Assembly (NCBI RefSeq): GCF_025021925.1
Contig: NZ_CP092368.1
Location: 120,001-152,000, forward strand
DNA from: Candidatus Saccharimonadota bacterium
GTDB taxonomy: Bacteria; Pseudomonadota; Alphaproteobacteria; Rickettsiales; Anaplasmataceae
Length of the DNA: 32,000 nt
Reading direction: 5' to 3'
Each line of letters starts with the position of its first letter. The stretch's first letter is position 1. The notes under the pieces are model-generated. The model did no database searches. It was given only the letters and a program-made list of their open reading frames with translations, and was not told where the DNA came from. Both the position numbers and the translations under genes were made by a program. This document shows, piece by piece, positions 19,919 through 30,164 of this stretch.

Positions 19919-20616
19919 TTCTCTAATTGAACATTGCCAGCGATTATTAGATCTTGATGTTCTATAATGCTACCTCCACTTTCCTCAAGAAAAAGCCTTC
20001 CTAGTAAAGTTTTATATTTATTGATACCTGAATATATTAATCCAGTATACCTGTCTGTCGCAAGATATACAAAACCTAAGACTGAAGATCCTATTGATCT
20101 TATATTCATATTATGAGATGAAACTCTGTGTAACAAGTTACTACTGATATCTATTAATCCACCTGATCTATTTTTAGTGCGAAGTTTTACATTACGTGAT
20201 CTCGCATCTTCAAGAAAAGCACCTTTTTTTTCTTCTGCCCAAAAAGTTTCTCTTAAAGCTGGAGCATCTATCACCACTGCTATAACTTTATTTTTATAAA
20301 TTAAACAAACTGATATAGCAAAATATACTATACAACTAGAAAAATTTTCTTTACTTTCTATAGGTAAAATAAACCAGTTATAATCTCTACTGACTGTCTC
20401 TTCTTGTTCATTCTCATAGATAAATCCATAATCTTTTTTATAATTAAATAAATATTCTTGTATCATATTCTGTGATCTTGAATATGTTTTATTAATAAAA
20501 TCTTCTGATCTAATATTATAGATTTGTAATTCATTAAAATCTCTCATAAGTTGTTTAGAAGCGCTTTTTATAGACTCAAGCATTACATTAATTCTAGGAG
20601 ATGAAATAGAGGACAT
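19855..20616 (-). CDS. suhB: SuhB / inositol monophosphatase-family protein with degenerate metal-binding motifs
   Basis: The sequence is collinear with SuhB: [31 protein letters not shown] (family WxIDPLDGTTNF), [18 protein letters not shown] and LEESGG. The ORF can start at 20649, but ATG 20616 lies 4 nt after the efp stop and matches the usual SuhB N-terminus. Confidence 0.8.
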   Translation of the reverse strand: MSSISSPRINVMLESIKSASKQLMRDFNELQIYNIRSEDFINKTYSRSQNMIQEYLFNYKKDYGFIYENEQEETVSRDYNWFILPIESKENFSSCIVYFAISVCLIYKNKVIAVVIDAPALRETFWAEEKKGAFLEDARSRNVKLRTKNRSGGLIDISSNLLHRVSSHNMNIRSIGSSVLGFVYLATDRYTGLIYSGINKYKTLLGRLFLEESGGSIIEHQDLIIAGNVQLENHDSLIGIDNDLKTLTKDSAK

Positions 20617-20620
20617 AATA

Positions 20621-21178
20621 TTACCGCACTCTTGCGTGATAACTATCATTAGGAGTATATACTACAATTGTATCTCCTATTTTAATAAATTGTGGTACTG
20701 TTATTCGCATACCATTTTCTAAAATCACAGATTTATAAGAAGGTGCAATAGAATGTCTTCTTTCTTCTGTATCCTTAACAATTAATATGACATAATCAGG
20801 AATATATGCAGCAATAATTCTCTCTTGATAGGATGTGACTTTTATATTCATATTGTCCTGTAAATAATGTTGTTTATCTCCTAGCAAATCTTTATTGATC
20901 ATAATCTGTTGATAATCACTCATATGCATTAAATGCACAATTTTACCTTCAGTAAAAAGATAAATATAATCCTCTTCGTTGAGAATTGCTATTCTGATGA
21001 TAGCATCAGAACGAAATCTTGCATAATGTTTATTTTTAGTGATAATATTTTTCATCTCAGCTTGTATATATGCAACCCCTTTACCAGGTTTAGTATGCAT
21101 GACATTTATCACTAAAAATAAACATCCATGATGTTCTAATATTTGTCCAATTCTGATATCATGTGCTTTATCTGCCAT
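20621..21178 (-). CDS. efp: translation elongation factor P
   Basis: 185 aa with an N-terminal KOW-like domain carrying the KPGKG loop (HTKPGKGVAYIQAEMKN). Confidence 0.95.
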   Translation of the reverse strand: MADKAHDIRIGQILEHHGCLFLVINVMHTKPGKGVAYIQAEMKNIITKNKHYARFRSDAIIRIAILNEEDYIYLFTEGKIVHLMHMSDYQQIMINKDLLGDKQHYLQDNMNIKVTSYQERIIAAYIPDYVILIVKDTEERRHSIAPSYKSVILENGMRITVPQFIKIGDTIVVYTPNDSYHARVR

Positions 21179-21237
21179 ATAGTATAATTATATCAGATTA
21201 TAGTAATATTCTTTTATATTAGATATTAAATGTTTAA

Positions 21238-21789
21238 TTAGTCAAGTGAGTCGATAAATTCAGGTAAATTCACGATCATATATTTTTTTTTTATATTGAG
21301 ATATGGAAATATATCTTGAGTAAACGGTAACATAATATGTTGTTGATTCTTTACCATTAGAATTTTTAGTATATCTCCTGATCCAAAATTATCTATAGAT
21401 ACCACATATCCATATAATATAAGAGTATGTAATCTCACCTCCATATTTAGCAGGTCATCATAGTAATAATGATCTGAAATATTAAGTTTTGGTAGTGTAT
21501 TTCTTGTGATATATAACTTTTTACTTTTCAAGAGAGATGCATCATCATATGAATTAATATGACTAATTTTTGCAATCACTAAATTCCATCCTATTACAGA
21601 TAGAGAATTAATTTCGTATTTCTCAAAATCACTTATGAGTATACCATATAATGAAATATTTTCTGGATATTCAGTAAAAGTCCTGATTTTTACAGCGCCA
21701 TGAATACCATGAGGAGATATGATCATTCCTAAACATATTAAATGATTATTCATATAATCAATTTTAGGCTCTTGATATCCTTTCTTCAT
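21238..21789 (-). CDS. rimM: 16S rRNA processing protein RimM
   Basis: [29 protein letters not shown] matches the RimM N-terminal barrel, and a PRC-barrel-like C-terminus is present. An alternative start lies at ATG 21753 (MNNHLICLG). Confidence 0.85.
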   Translation of the reverse strand: MKKGYQEPKIDYMNNHLICLGMIISPHGIHGAVKIRTFTEYPENISLYGILISDFEKYEINSLSVIGWNLVIAKISHINSYDDASLLKSKKLYITRNTLPKLNISDHYYYDDLLNMEVRLHTLILYGYVVSIDNFGSGDILKILMVKNQQHIMLPFTQDIFPYLNIKKKYMIVNLPEFIDSLD

Positions 21790-22550
21790 ACTTTACTAAT
21801 TAACTTATTTTGCAGATATTTCTACTGCAATCTATTATCTCTTCATTATACTATACTGTTTTATATTACTGATATTACTATCATGATACAAATTATTAGT
21901 CTTTGCTTTTATTCAATATCTTAATTTTAGTTATGACTCTCTCTTGTTTTCTTAGATGATTGACTGGATACAATAAAGAGTCAGACTTTAAAAGTGTATA
22001 TGACTGCTTTCAAGACTAATATATCATATAAATACTAATAATATCTCTCTTTGAGATATAAAGCGATATCTATTTACTCATGCTATAGTATACTTCAAAA
22101 TTATTATTTTGAATGTTTTTGAATAAATATAATGTCATATTATTTGTATGATTACATCTCTTGAGAGATATTAGTGCATGAGATCACTATTATGATATTT
22201 ATTAATAATATTCATTACATATGCGAGATATAAAGGTGCTAATAGTTTTGCTAAGATTTAGCATCTCATAAATAGGTTTGAATTTCTATAAAAATCTTAA
22301 AGGTAAGTTGAGTATAACTTATCAATATCTAGTAGTAGCAAAAGATTAATAACCTGAATATCAGTGTTTTTCTATCGATATAGATGTGAAATATAGCATT
22401 GAAAATAGTTTAATTGCTTAATTTCTCAAATGAGACAAAGAATTCGAGGATTTTGATATCAAATATCAGATATATTCAATATATTCATCAAATGAAATCA
22501 GCAATATGTACAATCATAAATATATATACGATCTTGATAATCATTAGTAT

Positions 22551-23621
22551 ATGAATAGAAATTGTTATTTAAAAAAGTTACAATTAAGTAATTTTCGTAA
22601 TCATTCATACTGTGAGCTTTTATTAGAAAACAGGTCAGTAGTAATTACTGGAAATAATGGCATTGGTAAAACCAATATCCTTGAAGCTATTTCATTGCTG
22701 GGTAAAAGTAATGGTATGAAAAAAGTAAAAGTCCATGAAATGCAAAATAGATTTAGTACTGAAGATTGGATGATATATTATGATTTTTTTAATGGCACAG
22801 CTTATAATGCTATTAAGATTATGAAACGATCAAATAAAAAACTCATATATATTGATGGTACAAAGCAATCAAATTATTCAGAGCTTTATAGTTTATCTCA
22901 TGTGATATGGTTAATCCCCCAAATGGATTGTATACTACTAAGTAGTCCAAGTGAGAGATTAAAATTTTTAGATCGCATCACTATACTATTTAAATCAAAC
23001 TATGCAATATATTATCTGAAATATAGAAAAGCTAAACTAGAACGAACAAAATTATTAAGAGACAAAATATCAGATGAGATGTGGCTTACTAGTATTGAAA
23101 ATATCATGGCAGTTAATGCAATCAATATTTTGCATATGCGCATTTCTGTTTTAAAAATAATACAAGAAGTAATTGATCAAGATGCAACGAAATTATTTCC
23201 TAAGGCTAGTATGAGATTTAGTAGTCAGGTCAAGATATATGATAGTGTAGCATGTTATCAAAAGCACCTAAAAAACAATAGAACACAAGATGTATTATCT
23301 GGTAAAACTACGTTTGGTATACATAATGATCATTTACAGATCTTTTGTCAAAAAAGAGATCTTCCTATTGCTCTCTGTTCTACTGGAGAACAAAAGTTAT
23401 TATTATTATCTATTATTTTATCAAGTATCAAAGCAAGATGTATACATTATAATAGCGCTCCTCTCTTATTACTTGATGATATCATGTCTCATCTAGATGC
23501 GCATTATAGAACTGCTCTCATAGAAGAAATATTAACTCTTAAGTGTCAAACTTGGATTACTGATGTTAATCAAGACTATTTTGATTATTATCTTCATTCC
23601 TTTAATTTTTTTAAATGCTAA
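22551..23621 (+). CDS. recF: DNA replication and repair protein RecF
   Basis: LSNFRNH, Walker A GNNGIGKTNILEAI, signature STGEQKLLLLS and Walker B LLLLDDIMSHLD; 356 aa. Confidence 0.9.
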   Translation: MNRNCYLKKLQLSNFRNHSYCELLLENRSVVITGNNGIGKTNILEAISLLGKSNGMKKVKVHEMQNRFSTEDWMIYYDFFNGTAYNAIKIMKRSNKKLIYIDGTKQSNYSELYSLSHVIWLIPQMDCILLSSPSERLKFLDRITILFKSNYAIYYLKYRKAKLERTKLLRDKISDEMWLTSIENIMAVNAINILHMRISVLKIIQEVIDQDATKLFPKASMRFSSQVKIYDSVACYQKHLKNNRTQDVLSGKTTFGIHNDHLQIFCQKRDLPIALCSTGEQKLLLLSIILSSIKARCIHYNSAPLLLLDDIMSHLDAHYRTALIEEILTLKCQTWITDVNQDYFDYYLHSFNFFKC

Positions 23622-23631
23622 TGCATATATT

Positions 23632-24819
23632 TTAATTGAAATCTGGTGGTATAGTAAATATCGTATTATCATGATAGTGAATAACTGCATTTCTACGTAT
23701 ATCATTTATGAGTAAATGACTCTGTTTCAAAATCTTTTGAGTATATAGTATCTGTTTAATATCTTCAGTATATGAAGTCATATGATCTTCAGTGAGTTCA
23801 CAGAATAGCATTAATTTTGTAGTATTATTGTCTGTAAATGGCACGATCTCATTCATATTAGTTTTACTAAATAACATTTGTAAATGATGATTTAAATCTC
23901 TTATTTTTATTGCAAATTCTTTTATGTACGGGAGTTGTAAGTACTCTGTGAAGTGATCTATATTTGAACAGTTGATTTGAAATTTCTTTAAATGTTCTAA
24001 TGCTATGTATGGATTTTGTAATGTTAACTGTTTAAATTTTAATGTACTTCTGAGAAGTGAAGAATCCAATTGAGCCTTATCTATTATTTTAATAATAGAG
24101 TAATAATCTTTTGTATAATGTATTGGTGCACTGATCTCACCTACTTTTAATTTTTCTAAGAGTGTCTTACGAGCACCTTTCAATTGATTGATATTAACAG
24201 TTGTAATTTTCATGTCTATTTTAGAATCAAGAGAATGAATATCGATTAATTTTGTCAAGACATCATTATTCTCTATACTAGAAATATTAAGATTTTCTTG
24301 AATAGGAATGAAGAATTCTTGAAAGGAAATCAGGTTGACAAAATTCTCCATTTGAACTTTTTTATTTCGTATTTCTTGTTCACTGATATGAATAAATGGT
24401 ACAATACTTGCAGTAATAATTTTGTGCCATAATATATGACATTTAATTTGTTGTTTTAGTATTTCTAGATCTATATTGTATGTTTTTATGTATTGAGCTA
24501 CTTCATGAGTATGAATCTTAAAATGCTCACTCAAATATAAGATATTAGTCTCATTGATCTCATCATTACTACATGTTAAATTCAATCTTTTTGCTTCATG
24601 TATTATTAATGCTTCATCTATAAGTTGCGTTAAAATATTACGCGTTCTCTCATGTTGAGTCATATTTTGTTGTCCAAATAATACATTCATTAAATTGATA
24701 TGTTGCTCGATATCCCAATTTGAAATGGGATCACCATTGACATCAACAATGATTTCAATAATACAAGCATATAATTTAAGTGGTAAGAGAATTAATATTA
24801 ATATTAATATTTTACGCAT
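23632..24819 (-). CDS. SurA-like periplasmic chaperone with signal peptide and degenerate parvulin-like domain
   Basis: N-terminal signal-like MRKILILILILLPLKLYA and a SurA N-domain pattern (VDVNGDPISNWDIEQ...LIDEALIIHEAKRLNL). Only a weak parvulin remnant is present (LKVGEISAPIHYTKDYYSIIKIIDK). Confidence 0.6.
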   Translation of the reverse strand: MRKILILILILLPLKLYACIIEIIVDVNGDPISNWDIEQHINLMNVLFGQQNMTQHERTRNILTQLIDEALIIHEAKRLNLTCSNDEINETNILYLSEHFKIHTHEVAQYIKTYNIDLEILKQQIKCHILWHKIITASIVPFIHISEQEIRNKKVQMENFVNLISFQEFFIPIQENLNISSIENNDVLTKLIDIHSLDSKIDMKITTVNINQLKGARKTLLEKLKVGEISAPIHYTKDYYSIIKIIDKAQLDSSLLRSTLKFKQLTLQNPYIALEHLKKFQINCSNIDHFTEYLQLPYIKEFAIKIRDLNHHLQMLFSKTNMNEIVPFTDNNTTKLMLFCELTEDHMTSYTEDIKQILYTQKILKQSHLLINDIRRNAVIHYHDNTIFTIPPDFN

Positions 24820-25060
24820 ATAGTAATATTTATTTTAATTGAATACTAAATGTCAATACATATAATATATCTTAATTGAAAGACTCATGCGCTTGAATCG
24901 TAAGATATGAGACATACTGATTATAAATATTGATATAAATACAATATTTATGATAACATCTATCTATGATATTAGAGATTCTCAATAAAGGAGAATACAA
25001 AAACAATCTTCTCTCTATATCCTCTATATGAATTTTAGGATTAATATATAAAATATTCTA

Positions 25061-25360
25061 TCATAGATACTCCCTTAGAATAAAATTCTGTGCATAAGAT
25101 TTAATAATCTGTTTAGCAATTTTTGGTATATTAATAATATATCTTAAATTATGTTTTTTTGCAAAAAATACTGCTCGCTCACAGGATTGAAAATACAATA
25201 CAATATGTTTTGGATCCTTTGAACCAATCCAACCAATGAGTGGATCAATATAGTAATCATGAGATATACTTTCTAAATGCCATCTACGTGTATTTCTTAA
25301 ACCATACTGTGTAACACTTTTTGTCGGCTGATAAATTCTAAACGATACTTCGTCTTTCAT
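25061..25360 (-). CDS. ETC complex I subunit conserved-region protein (NDUFS4 / 18-kDa subunit homologue)
   Basis: 99 aa. FRIYQPTKSVTQYGLRNTRRWHLE...DPLIGWIGSKDP...LYFQSCERAVFFAKKHNLRY matches the alphaproteobacterial NDUFS4-like family pattern (ARIYxPxKxAMQSG...W.LEF...DPLMGW..S.D). Confidence 0.85.
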   Translation of the reverse strand: MKDEVSFRIYQPTKSVTQYGLRNTRRWHLESISHDYYIDPLIGWIGSKDPKHIVLYFQSCERAVFFAKKHNLRYIINIPKIAKQIIKSYAQNFILREYL

Positions 25361-25508
25361 ATATTATAAAATCAGAGTTTTGTATTTCATAGAGAGTAAT
25401 ATATACTATATTATATTACATTGTAAAAAATAAAGATAAAAATATAATTTTTACAAATTGAAAAATTAATGTTAGATATATTCATATATGAATTATATTA
25501 GATAATAT

Positions 25509-26162
25509 ATGATCACATTAACAGGACCAGAAATTTTTCAAAATTCCAATAGAGATCATCTGATAATTTTTTTGCATGGCTGGGGTTCAAGTGGCGAAAA
25601 TTTTGTACATCTTGCTAAGATTATGAGCAAGAAGTTGCCTAACTCGTATTGTATAGTGCCAAATGCTCCTTTTAAAAGAGACGTAGGTATGGGATATCAA
25701 TGGTTTAGCTTAGAAGAGCGTAATGAAGGTATGTTATATAATGGCATGAAGCAAGTCGCACCAATTATTAATCATTTTATTGATGTAAGATTAAAATCTT
25801 TTCATTTGAAAGATACACAACTTTCTTTAGTAGGATTTTCTCAAGGTGCAATGCTTGCAATATATCTTGGATTAACTAGACCACAAGCATGTTCATCTGT
25901 TGTTGCATATTCTGGAAGGTTAATTTTATCTGAACAAGTTGTACAAGAAATTAAATCAAAACCTAACATCTGCATGATTCATGGTGATAATGATCAAGTA
26001 GTACCTTTTAAATATCTTAAATTAGCAGTAGATACTCTGAAAAAACATGATATTAAAATTACAGAACATCCAATTCTTCAATTAGATCACATGATTAATG
26101 AACAAGGAATAAAATTTGGAATAGAATTTATAAAACAACATCTTATCATTTCATCTAAATAA
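25509..26162 (+). CDS. phospholipase/carboxylesterase-family alpha/beta hydrolase
   Basis: LIIFLHGWGSSGENF, nucleophile elbow GFSQGA, and Asp and His candidates in HGDNDQVVP and LDHMI; 217 aa. Confidence 0.85.
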   Translation: MITLTGPEIFQNSNRDHLIIFLHGWGSSGENFVHLAKIMSKKLPNSYCIVPNAPFKRDVGMGYQWFSLEERNEGMLYNGMKQVAPIINHFIDVRLKSFHLKDTQLSLVGFSQGAMLAIYLGLTRPQACSSVVAYSGRLILSEQVVQEIKSKPNICMIHGDNDQVVPFKYLKLAVDTLKKHDIKITEHPILQLDHMINEQGIKFGIEFIKQHLIISSK

Positions 26163-26163
26163 T

Positions 26164-26964
26164 ATGCAGCTATTTTGTTTTGGATATGGATATGTAGCAC
26201 AGTTTCTATCATATACTCTATTAGAGAGAGGTTGGACAATAGGAGGTACCTCTTCAATAAAAAAAACAGATAATAGTATTACTATCTATAGATATGATAG
26301 AGTAAATAAAGATTTTCTTCGAGCCTCAACGCATATTTTAATCTCTGTACCTCCTGAAGGTGATGATATTCTTGAGAGATATGGTGATGAAATGAGAAAT
26401 ATCAAATGGTTGGGATATTTATCTGCTACTAATGTATATGGTGATCATGCAGGTCATTGGGTCACAGAAGAATCTGAAACAAGACCTATAGAAGTGAGAG
26501 GAAAAAGTCGAATACATGCGGAAATAAAGTGGATGCATAGTATATTACCTATACATATTTTTCGCTTATCTGGAATTTATGGCCCTCAGAGAAATGTATT
26601 AGTTGATTTACAACATCACAAAGCAAGAAATATCCAAAAAACAGGACATCTTTTTTCTCGTATTCATGTCTTCGATATCATCAATATTATATTATCTTCA
26701 ATGCAAAGAGTTAGACCTGGTGAAATATACAATTGTGCAGATGATTTACCAGCGACACAATCTGAAGTATTAATGTATGGAGCTCAATTACTGAATATGG
26801 CACTTCCACAACCAACTGAGATTTCTACTTTATCTGAACATGGTCAGAGTTTTTTCTTAGGATCAAAAAAGGTAAGTAATTTAAAAATTAAACAGGATTT
26901 AAAAATTTCTCTCATGTTTGCTAATTATAAGATAGGACTTAAAGAATTATATCGTAAATTATAA
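26164..26964 (+). CDS. NAD(P)-binding Rossmann-fold protein (atypical SDR / epimerase-dehydratase family), function unknown
   Basis: N-terminal FCFGYGYVA, YLSATNVYGDHAGHWVTEES, FRLSGIYGPQRN and SRIHVFDI follow the conserved alphaproteobacterial family pattern. It starts 1 nt after the esterase stop, so the two are likely an operon. Confidence 0.75.
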   Translation: MQLFCFGYGYVAQFLSYTLLERGWTIGGTSSIKKTDNSITIYRYDRVNKDFLRASTHILISVPPEGDDILERYGDEMRNIKWLGYLSATNVYGDHAGHWVTEESETRPIEVRGKSRIHAEIKWMHSILPIHIFRLSGIYGPQRNVLVDLQHHKARNIQKTGHLFSRIHVFDIINIILSSMQRVRPGEIYNCADDLPATQSEVLMYGAQLLNMALPQPTEISTLSEHGQSFFLGSKKVSNLKIKQDLKISLMFANYKIGLKELYRKL

Positions 26965-27049
26965 TTTATTTTATAATAAGTAATATGATAATCATTCATC
27001 TACATAATGTATATGTAAAAATATTGTAAATTATAGATAAATTTATCTG

Positions 27050-27804
27050 TTATTTAGAAATAGAAGAAAATATATCTGCATAAGAATTTTTCATCGCATA
27101 TAATATATCATAATCTGTCAAATCTAATTTTACTGGTGTAATAGTAATAAATCCTTCTTTAATTTTACCCACACTACCACTACCAGTGTATTCTCGACAC
27201 CACTTCAATCTTAAAGATTCATGTAGATTTTTAGTACATGCAATATCTCCGATTATAGAATATGCATCTGGTTCAGCAAATTCTATACCTTTTACTTTTT
27301 CTGTAGCAGGAAAATTGACATTCATAACGACATTTTGAGGCCATCCTACTTCGACTAATTTTGTAATAATTTTAGGTGCAAATATTTTAGTATTATGCCA
27401 ATTTATTAATTTACCATTATATTCTTGACTTAGTGCAATAGATGATATAGATCTTGATGGCTCCTTCCATTACAGCACCAATTGTTCCTGAATAACATAT
27501 ATCATCTCCTACATTAGATCCAATATTTACTCCAGATAATATCACTTGGTTTTTTATGCATCACGTTATTTAGAATAACAATCACACTCTCTGCAGGAGT
27601 GCTAGAAATACTAAATTCCCTTTCACTATGTTGCTTGATTTTAATAGAACGATGAATTCTCTCAGTGAGAGAGTGTGATGATCTACTTCTGTCTGAATCT
27701 GGTGCTACTATCCACACTTCTGATGTCAAATTCAGAGCAACATTCTTAAGTAATTTTCAGCTTTTACTATTAAATCCATCATCATTTGTGATGAGTATTA
27801 TCAT
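27050..27804 (-). pseudogene. surE: surE (5'/3'-nucleotidase SurE) pseudogene: one nonsense codon and two frameshifts
   Basis: From ATG 27804 the minus strand reads MIILITNDDGFNSKS, then TGA (27759-27757), then KLLKNVALNLTSEVWIVAPDSDRS.... The SurE core [30 protein letters not shown] is in a second frame. [11 protein letters not shown]...VVMNVNFPATEK... runs in a third frame to the stop at 27050. Confidence 0.88.
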
Positions 27805-27971
27805 AATATATATAAAAAGTTTTGTATAATTAATATTCAGTGTACAGTGAGAACACTGATTGTATTCTATTATTGTTGTCAATATGAATTAATGCTTTAG
27901 TTCTCATGTCATTAAAATCAATATATATATATTAAGAGAATGATATTTATACTCTCATAATATACATATTG

Positions 27972-29294
27972 TTATATATGTAATGATAAAATTTTTAAAA
28001 TATTCAGAACTCTAGTAATACGAGAGTGTAACTGAGTTTCATATTGATACCAATTATTTATTGTCTTGCGTGCTACACCTGAAGTAATTGCAGCTTTTGC
28101 AACTGCAGAAGATACTACAGCAATTAATCTTGGATCAAATGGAGTAGGAATAATATATTCGGGACCATAGCTCATTCTTCGTCCACCATATGCTGCAGAC
28201 ATCTCGCATGGTACTGGCTCTCGTGCAAGCTGCGCTATTGCCTCTACAGCTGCAATTTTCATGTCATTATTTATTGTTGTTGCACGTACATCTAGTGCTC
28301 CTCTAAATATATAAGGAAAACCTATTAGGTTATTCACCTGATTGTTATAATCTGATCTACCAGTAGTAATAATTGCATCTGGTCTGATTTGTTTTACTAT
28401 TTCAGGTCTTATTTCTGGGTCAGGATTTGCAAGAGCAAAAATAATTGGATCTTTATTCATAGACTTCAACATTTGTTCATTTAAAACATCTTTCGTAGAT
28501 AATCCAATAAATACATCAGCTCCTTTTATTGCATCTAGTAATGTACGATCAGAAGAATCAATGGCATATTGTTCTTTCCATATATTCATATCTGCTATTC
28601 TTCCTTTATATATTACTCCTTGCTTATCACAAGATACTATGTGATTAGCACCCATAAACTTTAATATTTCTAAACATGCTATTCCAGCAGCGCCAGTACC
28701 ATTCATAATAATCCTTACATGTTCTAATTTCTTACCAACAATATCAAGAGCATTTTTGAGACTTGCAGCAACAACTACTGCAGTGCCATGTTGATCATCA
28801 TGAAACACTGGTATATCTATAATATCATTAAGAGTTTTTTCTATTATAAAACAATCAGGAGATCTGATATCTTCTAAATTAATACCTCCCCAATTTGTAC
28901 CAAGAGCTCTGACTGTATCGCAAAACTCTTCTATATTCTCTGTATTTATTTCTAAATTGATTGCATCAATATCAGCAAAACGCTTAAATAAGATTGCCTT
29001 ACCTTCCATTACTGGCTTTGCAGCAAGAGGACCTATATTACCAAGTCCAAGTACTGCAGTACCATTTGAAATGACAGCAACTGAATTACCTTTTGATGTA
29101 TAATCATAAATTGAATCATGATTTTTTACTATTTCAAGACATGGATATGCAACACCAGGAGAATAAGCAAGTGATAAATCATATTGATTAGATAAGGATT
29201 TTGTGGGTAAAACTGATATTTTACCAGGATAATTTCCTCTACTATGATATTTAAGAGCCTCTTGCACATGTACACTATTCCAATCATTCATCAT
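27972..29294 (-). CDS. maeB: NAD(P)-dependent malic enzyme, short form (no phosphotransacetylase-like C-terminal domain)
   Basis: Motifs ALKYH...PGKISVLPTK...DLSLAYSPGVA, VISNGTAVLGLGNIGP and INLEDI. The ORF opens at 29426, but ATG 29294 is preceded by GGAG with a 5-nt spacer and matches the family N-terminus. The longer form would leave only 3 bp before the divergent pgsA. Confidence 0.92.
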   Translation of the reverse strand: MMNDWNSVHVQEALKYHSRGNYPGKISVLPTKSLSNQYDLSLAYSPGVAYPCLEIVKNHDSIYDYTSKGNSVAVISNGTAVLGLGNIGPLAAKPVMEGKAILFKRFADIDAINLEINTENIEEFCDTVRALGTNWGGINLEDIRSPDCFIIEKTLNDIIDIPVFHDDQHGTAVVVAASLKNALDIVGKKLEHVRIIMNGTGAAGIACLEILKFMGANHIVSCDKQGVIYKGRIADMNIWKEQYAIDSSDRTLLDAIKGADVFIGLSTKDVLNEQMLKSMNKDPIIFALANPDPEIRPEIVKQIRPDAIITTGRSDYNNQVNNLIGFPYIFRGALDVRATTINNDMKIAAVEAIAQLAREPVPCEMSAAYGGRRMSYGPEYIIPTPFDPRLIAVVSSAVAKAAITSGVARKTINNWYQYETQLHSRITRVLNILKILSLHI

Positions 29295-29429
29295 TGTATC
29301 TCCTAAATATTTTACGTTATTATTTTTTATTATAAAGCCTTTATTGTAAATTTTCAATGAAACTATTAGCTTGTAAAGCTTACTATAATTATATATAAAT
29401 TTATGATACTGTGCTAAAGTTATCACTAC

Positions 29430-29963
29430 GTGTTTAAGAAAAACTTACCTAATCTTCTTACAATATCTCGTGCACTTGCAATTCCAGGTATAATCATCAG
29501 TTTTAGTATAGATAGTAAATATGCAAATATAATAACAATCTCAATATTTATGTTTGCATGTATTACAGATTTTTTTGATGGCTATCTAGCACGTATATGG
29601 AAGGTACAATCAAAATTTGGTACTCTCTTTGACCCTACTGTCGATAAGCTGATCGTTGTCTCTACTATCATTATGCTCATTTACAAACATAAAATCAATG
29701 GTAATACAATCGTGCCATCTCTTATCATAATATGTAGAGAAATATTAGTCTCTGGGTTACGAGAATTGCTTATTGCTCAGAATATTAGTATACCAGTTAG
29801 TTATTCTGGTAAACTGAAAACATTTGTACAAATGATCGCAGTAACATCATTGATAATGAGTAACTATGAAATCATGCAGTATATAGGTATTATTTGTTTA
29901 TGGATTGCTGCTTGTATTACAGTTTGGTCTGGTTATCAATATGTACTTGCGGGAATTAAGTAA
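29430..29963 (+). CDS. pgsA: CDP-diacylglycerol--glycerol-3-phosphate 3-phosphatidyltransferase
   Basis: CDP-alcohol phosphatidyltransferase motif DFFDGYLAR...G..FDPTVDK and a multi-TM profile. A GTG start is required because no upstream ATG is in frame. Confidence 0.92.
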   Translation: MFKKNLPNLLTISRALAIPGIIISFSIDSKYANIITISIFMFACITDFFDGYLARIWKVQSKFGTLFDPTVDKLIVVSTIIMLIYKHKINGNTIVPSLIIICREILVSGLRELLIAQNISIPVSYSGKLKTFVQMIAVTSLIMSNYEIMQYIGIICLWIAACITVWSGYQYVLAGIK

Positions 29964-30164
29964 TATACAATTCTCTCTAAAATAGAATATTGAGAAATAA
30001 TCAGAAACAATCTCTCTATAGAAGAGCAAAACACTTGCATGTTTTATTCCTATGCAATGTTTAAAAAAAAATCTCCATTTCTTATTATAGAGTTATAGTA
30101 TATCGTATATTTTATTGTATCATTTGGATAATAATCTGCTACTTCTGTATAGATTCGATCTCTT

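Noticed and set aside
21790-22550. A replication origin next to recF.
   Set aside because: I found no dnaA or dnaN gene and no good TTATCCACA-type boxes; the best matches are 7/9. AT-richness alone is uninformative in this genome.
27757-27759. The in-frame TGA in surE as possible recoding (selenocysteine or Trp).
   Set aside because: Two additional frameshifts disrupt the same gene downstream, and other genes in the window use TGA-free frames with standard stops. A pseudogene is the simpler explanation.
29295-29426. A 44-codon N-terminal extension of the malic-enzyme ORF (MITLAQYHKFIYNYSKLYK...).
   Set aside because: The extension has no counterpart in the family N-terminus and would leave 3 bp to the divergent pgsA start. 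The internal ATG at 29294 has a GGAG Shine-Dalgarno sequence with a 5-nt spacer.
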